This document shows positions 7,705 through 14,823 of a stretch of 64,000 bases of DNA, piece by piece (position 1 is the stretch's first letter; each line of letters opens with the position of its first letter). Location: positions 51,791-115,790 of IMG/VR virus record IMGVR_UViG_3300045988_159857. The stretch is one strand, 5' to 3'. The DNA comes from a virus. The translations under genes were made by a program, and so were the position numbers. Below the pieces are notes generated by a model, which saw only the letters and a program-made list of their open reading frames with translations, was not told the DNA's origin and ran no database searches.

Positions 7705-9399
7705 TTAACGTATTCTATATCTTTCTATGTATTTCTCGTCCATATCTAATCCATTTCGAATAGCGGTGTCAAATGTCACCTTTATGTCACCATTTTTTTT
7801 AGTTACTTTAACAATATTAGTGCTATTTATCTTGTAATAGTGGTCCTTGTATTCAAATTCATAATCATAAGCGAGTTTTCTTGCATCCTCAAATAAAAGT
7901 TTGTCTGCAGCACACATGACTCCTGCAGCGTTTTCAGCCGGTATCTGTTCAATATTAAACGTAAACTCGTCTGTAAAATTATCTTTCACATCATTAAGGA
8001 CATTAAATATATCTTTTGCAAACTCAATACCCTCTTCTGTGTAAGACTTGTATCCCAATTCATCTGTTTGAATGAAACCAAACTCACACATAACTTCATA
8101 CATTCCAAGAATACCTATAGTACAGTATTGTTTATCAAGTTCTACGGCACCTTCTTGATAATTTGGAAGTAATCCTTTTTCAATATTACGTTTAAGTATA
8201 TGTCGCATAGCATATAAAGCCTGACAATCAAGGGTTGTTCTCTCTCTTAATTTATCTAAGTACCTTTTCTTGTTACACTTAGTTTCATAAGCAATACGTA
8301 CAAGGTTTATTGTAGAAACACGACAACTACCTACACTAAGAGCACTACCACCTACACTATTTTGAAAAGCTGTTAATTTTGAAGTATCTGAAAGTAATCT
8401 ACAACAGTTAGATAACGAGGTTACTTGGTCACTAATAAATAAATTACTATCAGCCCATTTCATGTTATGTTTACTAGCCCAACGAGCAAATTCCTCGTCT
8501 TGAAACCTACCATCCTTATACAGAAATGACATAGTTAGAACAGGAAAAGTAAACATTTGTTCTGAACGTATGTCAGACACAACTCTCATAAAGTCTTTTT
8601 GGAACTGCATTATTTCTTCAATACTGTCTATTGCAAAAGTTCCGTCAGGATATTCAAGTCCCCCAAATAAGGCCTCTAAGTATTTTCTATCAAATATAGA
8701 CATATTTGTAAAGGCACTTTGGTCAATCCTTAAAAAGGGCTGGTTAAGTCTAAATATCAACTTTTGGAAACACTGGTCTCTGTAATATCCAGGGTCTTTT
8801 ATGTAAAATCCTGTCTCAATATCCTTTTTCCAGAACCAATATGCCCATATTAAAATATTTGGAAGTCCTACTGCCCCACTTTGTCTATTAGATAAAAAAG
8901 ATATAAACTCTATGCAGTCATCAAGAAATGTAGTTAAATGTTTTGCTGGTTTGTTGTTATAATTGTTTCCGAGGAAGAATAGTCCTTCGCGAGCTAATCT
9001 TGATAAGTCTTGTGCCCAACAATAGGCGAATAAACTACATGAAGTACTATCATTAAGATAAAAACCTTTACTAAATTCTTGTTCCAACCAATCTTTAGCT
9101 ACTTTAATTCCAAAAAACTTCTTTATCTCTATAAAGACTTTATTGAGTCCAAAAAGTTTGTCAGAACTTTTTCCTTTTTCAGTCATAAAGGAACGTATGT
9201 CACGATGACTTGAATTAGCATTAGGGTCAATTGAGGCATCAGCCAAGTTTTCAGCTACAATAAAATTTTTCAAAAATTCAGAATAATCTAATTGTGACTC
9301 GTCAACACCGTTAAGTATTTCAAAATCGTTGCCATATTTTATACGCAGGGCATTGAGGGTGCGTTCAAAATCTTTGTTAAGTTTCAACTCGATTTGCAT
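7705..9399 (-). CDS. nrdD: anaerobic ribonucleoside-triphosphate reductase, N-terminal/catalytic fragment
   Basis: 564 aa with class III RNR motifs: SNCCRLLSD finger-loop-like motif and NIEQIPAENAAG. It ends after AADKLLFED plus a 59-aa non-conserved tail. The YxSNQWIPL continuation is found in ORF 6363..6821. Confidence 0.9.
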   Translation of the reverse strand: MQIELKLNKDFERTLNALRIKYGNDFEILNGVDESQLDYSEFLKNFIVAENLADASIDPNANSSHRDIRSFMTEKGKSSDKLFGLNKVFIEIKKFFGIKVAKDWLEQEFSKGFYLNDSTSCSLFAYCWAQDLSRLAREGLFFLGNNYNNKPAKHLTTFLDDCIEFISFLSNRQSGAVGLPNILIWAYWFWKKDIETGFYIKDPGYYRDQCFQKLIFRLNQPFLRIDQSAFTNMSIFDRKYLEALFGGLEYPDGTFAIDSIEEIMQFQKDFMRVVSDIRSEQMFTFPVLTMSFLYKDGRFQDEEFARWASKHNMKWADSNLFISDQVTSLSNCCRLLSDTSKLTAFQNSVGGSALSVGSCRVSTINLVRIAYETKCNKKRYLDKLRERTTLDCQALYAMRHILKRNIEKGLLPNYQEGAVELDKQYCTIGILGMYEVMCEFGFIQTDELGYKSYTEEGIEFAKDIFNVLNDVKDNFTDEFTFNIEQIPAENAAGVMCAADKLLFEDARKLAYDYEFEYKDHYYKINSTNIVKVTKKNGDIKVTFDTAIRNGLDMDEKYIERYRIR

Positions 9400-9402
9400 A
9401 TA

Positions 9403-9621
9403 CTAATTAATTCCTCTTCCTTGATTATTAACCCATTCTACAGCTTCAGTAAATCTAAGTAGTTTTCCTTCTACTTCGAGAAGAGGAACTTCGTCAAAAC
9501 CTTTTGCAATAAGTTCGTTTACATCAAAATTTGTTTTCAATGTAAAGTCTATGTTAGCGTTATGAAGTTTCTTAAGTAACACCTCACATTTTGGACATCC
9601 TGTTGAATATAGCGTTACCAT
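9403..9621 (-). CDS. glutaredoxin/NrdH-like redoxin
   Basis: Start trimmed to MVTLYSTGCPKCEVLLKKL behind AAAGGAG (5-nt spacer). CPKC active site with thioredoxin-fold layout (..VPLLEVEGKLL..). Confidence 0.75.
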   Translation of the reverse strand: MVTLYSTGCPKCEVLLKKLHNANIDFTLKTNFDVNELIAKGFDEVPLLEVEGKLLRFTEAVEWVNNQGRGIN

Positions 9622-9637
9622 AATTACTCCTTTCTTT

Positions 9638-9811
9638 TCAATGGTTAAAGGTATTCTTAGGGGTAAAAGCTCCACAAGGACCTTCAGTGCCATGACAACC
9701 GTGTGTATAATTAGCACAAGCCCAACATCTCTGTTTGTCCCACTTTCTTTGAAGTGCTCCTTCACTCAATTCACTAAAACTATAAGTAGGTTGTTTAAAT
9801 TCAATACTCAT
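9638..9811 (-). CDS. small Cys-rich protein (57 aa), absent from the ORF track
   Basis: AAAGGAG lies 8 nt upstream of ATG 9811. Product is MSIEFKQPTYSFSELSEGALQRKWDKQRCWACANYTHGCHGTEGPCGAFTPKNTFNH, with Cys spacing CxxC-x6-C-x6-C. First gene after promoter 9866..9898. Confidence 0.55.
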   Translation of the reverse strand: MSIEFKQPTYSFSELSEGALQRKWDKQRCWACANYTHGCHGTEGPCGAFTPKNTFNH

Positions 9812-9865
9812 AAATATTACTCCTTTATATAAATTTTACAGAAATTTGTTTTTCTGTTTAATCGT

Positions 9866-9898
9866 ATTATAATAGAGTAATATATTTATTTCAACTAA
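9866..9898 (-). promoter_or_regulatory. sigma-A-like promoter with extended -35 TTAGTTGA (RNR operon)
   Basis: TTAGTTGAAA, 17 nt spacer, TATAAT. Confidence 0.6.
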
Positions 9899-9906
9899 GT
9901 TAACAT

Positions 9907-9931
9907 AAACCGATAGTTTATCTATCGGTTT
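9907..9931 (-). terminator. hairpin terminator overlapping stop of upstream ORF
   Basis: Stem AAACCGATAG/CTATCGGTTT with a 5-nt loop. The T run is weak. Confidence 0.5.
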
Positions 9932-10125
9932 AACATCATTAACAATTGGTCACCGTTTGCGACCTTTCTACCATAAAAATCTCTTGTTACGTTTAATTTT
10001 TTATCGTATTTACCCTTAATTCTTCCATAAAAATCTCGGATAATTTTATTTCCGGTACGGGAATCTGTTTCAACGAAACCTATTATCTTCCCTGTCCAAT
10101 CTTTTATCTTCTCTTTATGAACCAT
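9922..10125 (-). CDS. hypothetical protein with internal RDFYGR repeat
   Basis: 67 aa. Two copies of ..RDFYGR(I/K).. lie 20 aa apart. RBS GAAGGAG. Confidence 0.55.
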   Translation of the reverse strand: MVHKEKIKDWTGKIIGFVETDSRTGNKIIRDFYGRIKGKYDKKLNVTRDFYGRKVANGDQLLMMLNR

Positions 10126-10483
10126 CCAAAAACAACTCCTTCATATTAACAATCCTTGACAAGGCTTCTTCTACACTTAATACGTTGACTTGAGTTATAC
10201 CTTTTCGCCTGTCGTTAACAAATATATCTATTGCTTTCTCCAACTTTGCTGGATTAAACTGTTGGTAGTCGTATACAAATGTTCTAGGTATTGTATAATC
10301 ATTCTCCTGGTCAATTATTTGTGGTCCGTATTGAATTATTTTACTGAACCCGTCTTTTGTTTCAACTATAAATAAGTATTCACAGAAATTATCATTTATA
10401 CACGAAAGTGCAAACTCTCCAATATTATCTATTTCAAATGTACCATTAGATTGTCGAACATAGTAATAATTGAATGAAGGCAT
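10115..10483 (-). CDS. hypothetical protein
   Basis: Start trimmed to MPSFNYYYV (ATG 10483), 1 nt after the upstream TGA. The ORF-track start would overlap the upstream gene by 38 nt and has no RBS. Confidence 0.5.
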   Translation of the reverse strand: MPSFNYYYVRQSNGTFEIDNIGEFALSCINDNFCEYLFIVETKDGFSKIIQYGPQIIDQENDYTIPRTFVYDYQQFNPAKLEKAIDIFVNDRRKGITQVNVLSVEEALSRIVNMKELFLDGS

Positions 10484-10484
10484 A

Positions 10485-11081
10485 TCAATCAACAACCTCG
10501 TATTTAGTAATGTAAACCTCATGTGCTATACGAATTTCATAGTCCCCGTTATCAAGTAATTGTTTATGTTCTCTAGACCTAAATTCTCCTGACACTTTTA
10601 ACTTTGTGTCTACACATTTAAAGGATAATTCTTTCGCTATTTTACCCCAACATATACAAGGAATATATGAATTCAACCTTTTTTGTTTATCCTCGGATAC
10701 AATATTATTTGCCAGAATAAAGTGTAAGTTATCCTTACCTGTACGTGTTTTTCTTATTTCACTTATTTTACAAATCCTACCATCTAACTCAACACTATTT
10801 ACAACATCCGTTTTCGGTTTGTCAAAGTAGGTAAAAACGTACATATCCACTTTATTTTTGTTATTACTAACCTTATGCGAATATGACCTAATGTTTCCAG
10901 TTAAACTAACCATGTCATTTTCTTTGTACGGATTAGTAAATTTTTTAAACTTTATATTCAAGACATCTTCAGTTCCATTATCTCGAGGTACAAGTAATTT
11001 AGCTTTATTGAATTCAATTCCTTGTATTGTGTGGGAAGGTTCAATATCTTTGATATAACCTTTCAAAGTAACTTTGTTCAA
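10485..11081 (-). CDS. tandem OB-fold SSB-like protein
   Basis: Start trimmed to TTG 11081 (MNKVTLKGYIKD) behind GGGGTGA. Each half shows the bacterial SSB OB pattern. First half: VTLKGYIKDIEPSH..GIEFNKAKLLV. Second half: VELDGRICKISEIRKTRTGKDNLHFILANN...CICWGKIAKEL...LKVSGEFRSRE. Confidence 0.5.
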   Translation of the reverse strand: MNKVTLKGYIKDIEPSHTIQGIEFNKAKLLVPRDNGTEDVLNIKFKKFTNPYKENDMVSLTGNIRSYSHKVSNNKNKVDMYVFTYFDKPKTDVVNSVELDGRICKISEIRKTRTGKDNLHFILANNIVSEDKQKRLNSYIPCICWGKIAKELSFKCVDTKLKVSGEFRSREHKQLLDNGDYEIRIAHEVYITKYEVVD

Positions 11082-11095
11082 ACTATATTCACCCC

Positions 11096-12403
11096 TTATA
11101 CACACATTTTCCACTGTCCATTATCATAAACATATGGCACTGCGGATAACCATTTTTGTTGTTTTTCATCGTATACAAAAACTGCAGCTGGAGTTGGGAC
11201 ACTTGTCGGTTCCGTAAAAACTCTCGCACACCCGGTAGGTGTGTTTGTTACAGTATTTGAATGATAAGTTACATTATTTGAATCTTTAGTAGCATAAGCT
11301 GTTCCTGATATAGGAACATTGGGAACACCTGTCACCCTAAATGTACATTTTGTTGTAGCTGTAGTTGTGGTGTTAACTATTCGTGTGCCGTCATTGAGTA
11401 ATAAATACCAGTTACGACATGGGACATCACTTTCCGCTGTGTAAACAATATCTAATCCTTCTACAACACTGGCTAATTTAATTATTGGATAAGTCGTATC
11501 ACAGTTAATTGTTGTTGAATTGTCAATACGAGTATTATCGAGTCTTTGTAAAGTGATGTTGTAAGAACGGTTTGTGTTCTCACCTAAATTAACATTAAAA
11601 GTTCCTTTATAATTTTGTGTGTTACCAACATAAACCCCTTCGAACCACACACTAGAATTTATATCAGTATCTAAACTTAATATTCCGGAAGTATTGTCAG
11701 TAACTGTTATCTTTGCATTATTTATAGCAGGCCTTCTGCAATCCCATGTTACGGTTGGGCTTTGTCCCCAAGGACCATTTACACGCTTTGCCCAAAGATA
11801 AACAGTGTGAATAGTGGGACTTATATTACTTAGTGACCACGTACCGTTTGTAGTAGCTTGTGACCAATATGTTGTGTCTCCTGTACCATCTAAGTTATAC
11901 ATCCAAATGTCACAACTTACATCACTACCAGCTTCCCAATATAAGGAGGATGCAGTACAACCTGCATTACTTAACCACACATTAGGAGGGGCATAAGCCG
12001 GTGCCCCAACTACCACTGACCAAACAACTTCCCAAGTATTTTTTGCGGGACACCCACAACTTGATTTTGTCCAAATTTTCAGTGTGACAGTATCTCCATA
12101 GTTAGTTGTAGAAACGGTTACATTACCACTATACCTCCCTGAACTCCATTTATTTGGACTAGTAGGTTTGTGATATATTTCTACTAGAGGGCTATCATCA
12201 ATACTTGCAGCTACACCAAGGGTGTAACCAAAGTACGAATACTTACCTGTCATTGCATTTAAGGACGCACTTACATTACATGTAAGAGTCGAACCATTTC
12301 TGTATATGTCCCCAAAGGTTACGTTAGAGGTTATTATAGGTGATTGGGGATAATAGGTATTAGGGGCTCCATGTACGGTTACTACTCCGTTCCAACTTGA
12401 CAT
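11096..12403 (-). CDS. putative tail fiber / receptor-binding protein
   Basis: 435 aa, rich in S, T, N and W, with beta-rich composition. The C-terminal aromatic-Gly-Trp repeats (VFVYDEKQQKW, YVYDNGQWK) are shared with CHAP protein 52515..53534. Follows a fiber-like gene. Confidence 0.45.
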   Translation of the reverse strand: MSSWNGVVTVHGAPNTYYPQSPIITSNVTFGDIYRNGSTLTCNVSASLNAMTGKYSYFGYTLGVAASIDDSPLVEIYHKPTSPNKWSSGRYSGNVTVSTTNYGDTVTLKIWTKSSCGCPAKNTWEVVWSVVVGAPAYAPPNVWLSNAGCTASSLYWEAGSDVSCDIWMYNLDGTGDTTYWSQATTNGTWSLSNISPTIHTVYLWAKRVNGPWGQSPTVTWDCRRPAINNAKITVTDNTSGILSLDTDINSSVWFEGVYVGNTQNYKGTFNVNLGENTNRSYNITLQRLDNTRIDNSTTINCDTTYPIIKLASVVEGLDIVYTAESDVPCRNWYLLLNDGTRIVNTTTTATTKCTFRVTGVPNVPISGTAYATKDSNNVTYHSNTVTNTPTGCARVFTEPTSVPTPAAVFVYDEKQQKWLSAVPYVYDNGQWKMCV

Positions 12404-12407
12404 TTAA

Positions 12408-12806
12408 TCACCTAACCTTAAAGAATAACTGTCCTTGTACCCCTGTTGTAGGTAAAGTACTCCCGTAGACATTATTACTTAAAACTATTTTTTGCGTATC
12501 AGTAAAGGTTGGTTTGTTGAACTCATATGTTGTACTTCCTGATTTGGGAGTAAATATAGAACCGTTACAAGATAGATTACCAACATTAAACACTGGTGTA
12601 TCGTTTGTCACATCAATGTTTAACCACGACTTTGAAATTTTACTAGCCTTATCAGCCGTTCCCGCATTAACTTTTGTAACAGTTCTATCAGGTAGTCCTA
12701 CATAAAGATATTTAGTACTTGTGTTAACAAAAAGTTCTCTGTCATCCAAAGTAGCAGGAGTACTTCCACCACCATTTATACTAATTGGTACATTAAGTGT
12801 TTCCAT
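12408..12806 (-). CDS. putative tail-fiber-like protein
   Basis: Start trimmed to METLNVPI (ATG 12806) behind AAAGGAG. The motif LDDRELFVNTSTKYLYVG is typical of phage fiber N-termini. Confidence 0.45.
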   Translation of the reverse strand: METLNVPISINGGGSTPATLDDRELFVNTSTKYLYVGLPDRTVTKVNAGTADKASKISKSWLNIDVTNDTPVFNVGNLSCNGSIFTPKSGSTTYEFNKPTFTDTQKIVLSNNVYGSTLPTTGVQGQLFFKVR

Positions 12807-13548
12807 TAGTTTTCTCCTTTTTCTCTTTTTGTTTTTTTTCAAATTCCTTTACTATTTTAATTTCCTCTTCTGTAAAAGGAACTTGTTCTATTTGTGTTTC
12901 CCCTTTTCTAACACTGTTAATAAATTTTATGGCATTAGAAAGTTTAGAAGCTTCAGGGTCATCTTTAATTTCTTTATTAAGTGTTTCCGACTTTAAATCT
13001 AAAGAGTCAAAGTAATAGTTAATAACTTCTTGTCTTTCCTCTTCAGTAGCCTTATCCCATCTGTCATCTATTTCAAGTCCCACATCAGAAAGAAGTAATC
13101 CGTCAAGATGGTCAATATGGTGTTGCATAACTCTTGCAGCCATACCTATCAACTGTACACTTTGTATTTTACCAAGTGGTGTTTGATAAGTTACATTTAT
13201 TTTAGGGTGTCTTATTCTAATAAATGTTTTACCGGGAATACTATGACAAGTTTCTTTTGAAAGCTCAATACCCTCTACTTTGTCAATTATAGGATTAACA
13301 AACGTCCTTATATCACCATCAAAATTTATACAAATAATACGTTTATTGTAACCTAATTGATTTGCCGACAACGCACAAATTTTCTCATCAGAACGAATGA
13401 CAGCTTTAAGTTTAGAAACAATTGTTTGAACTTCATTGTTTTTCTTTGTTAAGTCAAATTCGTCGCATCTCTCTGATAAACTATCATAATCAGTAACAAT
13501 GTCCTTTTTACTTAATTTTCTAATTTCATCAAAATTAAAAATTTCCAC
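12793..13548 (-). CDS. def: peptide deformylase homolog with non-canonical active site
   Basis: Motif 1 is ICALSANQLG (canonical GxGxAAxQ). Motif 2 is ETCHSIPG (canonical EGCLS). Motif 3 is QHHIDHLDG (canonical QHExDH). GTG start behind AAAGGAG. Charged C-terminal tail. Confidence 0.8.
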   Translation of the reverse strand: MEIFNFDEIRKLSKKDIVTDYDSLSERCDEFDLTKKNNEVQTIVSKLKAVIRSDEKICALSANQLGYNKRIICINFDGDIRTFVNPIIDKVEGIELSKETCHSIPGKTFIRIRHPKINVTYQTPLGKIQSVQLIGMAARVMQHHIDHLDGLLLSDVGLEIDDRWDKATEEERQEVINYYFDSLDLKSETLNKEIKDDPEASKLSNAIKFINSVRKGETQIEQVPFTEEEIKIVKEFEKKQKEKKEKTNGNT

Positions 13549-13550
13549 TA

Positions 13551-13829
13551 TTAGTTATCTCCTTTTAACTCAGTAACAACAAGTTTATATGTATCACTGT
13601 CAAAGTCAGCAATTAAATTCAATGAATATTTATCACTAGTATAGAGTATGTTTGATACTGTTTTACTAATAACACTTGAATCATAATTCTCTTCAACTAA
13701 ATCACTTTTATCAAGTTTACTAAATGCAGAGTTGTATTCTTCAGGACTTTCAAAATCTATAACATAATTATTATCAGATGAAAAATATCCCGGTTGAGTT
13801 ATACCAATCTTTCTTAACAAATCTTTCAT
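13551..13829 (-). CDS. hypothetical acidic protein
   Basis: 92 aa on the coding strand with RBS AGGAGAG. Confidence 0.55.
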   Translation of the reverse strand: MKDLLRKIGITQPGYFSSDNNYVIDFESPEEYNSAFSKLDKSDLVEENYDSSVISKTVSNILYTSDKYSLNLIADFDSDTYKLVVTELKGDN

Positions 13830-13866
13830 ATATATCTATAATCTCTCCTAATCTTATACAATTTGT

Positions 13867-14193
13867 TCACAATTTCAAGTTGTCAATAATCGACTTGTTA
13901 TCCTCTATAACATGTTGACCATTTTTGTTTTTTGAGGTTTTTAATAACAAATTATTTTTATCATATTTACGTTGTTTTTGTTTCTTCTTAGGCTTATCAA
14001 GAAGGTACTTTATATAACTTAAATTCTGATAACTTGTGATAACGGGGTTTATTGTTAATTTAAGGTTTTCAAGTCTTTCAGGAGAAACCATCCCTTCTTC
14101 AACTTCTTTAGACATATCTTCTAAACACTTTTTTAATTCAAAATATTGTTTACACACAGAATTATAATATTCGTCAAAATGCTTTTTAGCCAT
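13867..14193 (-). CDS. hypothetical protein
   Basis: Start trimmed to MAKKHFDEYYN behind GGAGG. The longer call runs through terminator 14211..14246. Confidence 0.5.
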   Translation of the reverse strand: MAKKHFDEYYNSVCKQYFELKKCLEDMSKEVEEGMVSPERLENLKLTINPVITSYQNLSYIKYLLDKPKKKQKQRKYDKNNLLLKTSKNKNGQHVIEDNKSIIDNLKL

Positions 14194-14210
14194 TTTACCT
14201 CCAAAAGAAA

Positions 14211-14246
14211 GGCGTACTACAAATATTTTTAACACTGTAGTACGCC
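14211..14246 (-). terminator. rho-independent terminator
   Basis: Stem GGCGTACTAC/GTAGTACGCC, followed by TTTCTTTT on the minus strand. Confidence 0.7.
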
Positions 14247-14308
14247 TCAAACTTTTATTTTTTATTTATATGTACAACAGTTAATTATCTTTAATATCTA
14301 TTTATACA

Positions 14309-14719
14309 TTAAAACCAGAAATGAAAGAAATCTTTCGACAATCTGTCCATTCTTTTGTTAAATTCTTTAATAGCTTTTTCTCCAGTATAAGTCGTTGTAT
14401 ATACCCCAAATTTTTCATTAAATTTTTTGATTGCTTCGGTCTTTTTAGATTCCGCTTCTTCAATAACTTTCTGGGCATTTTTTAATATTGTGTCAATCTT
14501 TTCGTTTGACTCTTCTAAAATTTTTGCAGCTTCTTCTTTTGCAACATCGTAAGCTTCATAAGCCTTCTCAACCTCGTCGTTGGCCTTGTCAATACGAAGT
14601 GCTAAAGATTTTTTACTTTCTTCTTCTTTAACTTCTAGTTCTTTTGCATCGCCTTCGGCTTTTTCAAGTTCCTCAGGACTGTTGAAAACCTTTTTCAATT
14701 CTTCTGAATAATACTTCAT
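14309..14719 (-). CDS. hypothetical E/K-rich coiled-coil protein
   Basis: 136 aa with RBS AAGGAG. Confidence 0.55.
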   Translation of the reverse strand: MKYYSEELKKVFNSPEELEKAEGDAKELEVKEEESKKSLALRIDKANDEVEKAYEAYDVAKEEAAKILEESNEKIDTILKNAQKVIEEAESKKTEAIKKFNEKFGVYTTTYTGEKAIKEFNKRMDRLSKDFFHFWF

Positions 14720-14740
14720 TTTACATCAATCTCCTTACTT

Positions 14741-14780
14741 TTAGGGACTTACCATTAAAGGACTTACCCTAAATGACTTA
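14741..14780. repeat. iterated 9-mer (GGACTTACC x2 plus TGACTTATA) at about 15-bp spacing, candidate operator
   Basis: Plus strand reads TTAGGGACTTACCATTAAAGGACTTACCCTAAATGACTTA. The outer TTAGGG/CCCTAA are inverted. Lies immediately upstream of the RBS of gene 14309..14719. Confidence 0.45.
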
Positions 14781-14823
14781 TAGAATTTTCTTCTGTACGT
14801 TTTCGTACATATTATTTATACAA

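Noticed and set aside
7640-7885. Group I intron core upstream of the endonuclease gene in nrdD, by analogy with the T4 nrdD/sunY intron.
   Set aside because: The interval is AT-rich and in frame with the upstream ORF for 59 codons. I could not find R/S-type P7 pairing; only a partial AAGATATAG resemblance to the S element. The downstream fragment has its own strong RBS. This remains testable (see finding) but is not called.
9403-9765. Longer ORF-track starts for several genes (9403..9765, 2069..2653, 6808..7677, 10115..10522, 10485..11114, 12408..12842, 13867..14250).
   Set aside because: The upstream extensions run through promoters, terminators or neighbouring genes and lack RBSs. Internal starts with AGGAG-type RBSs at 5-9 nt were preferred.
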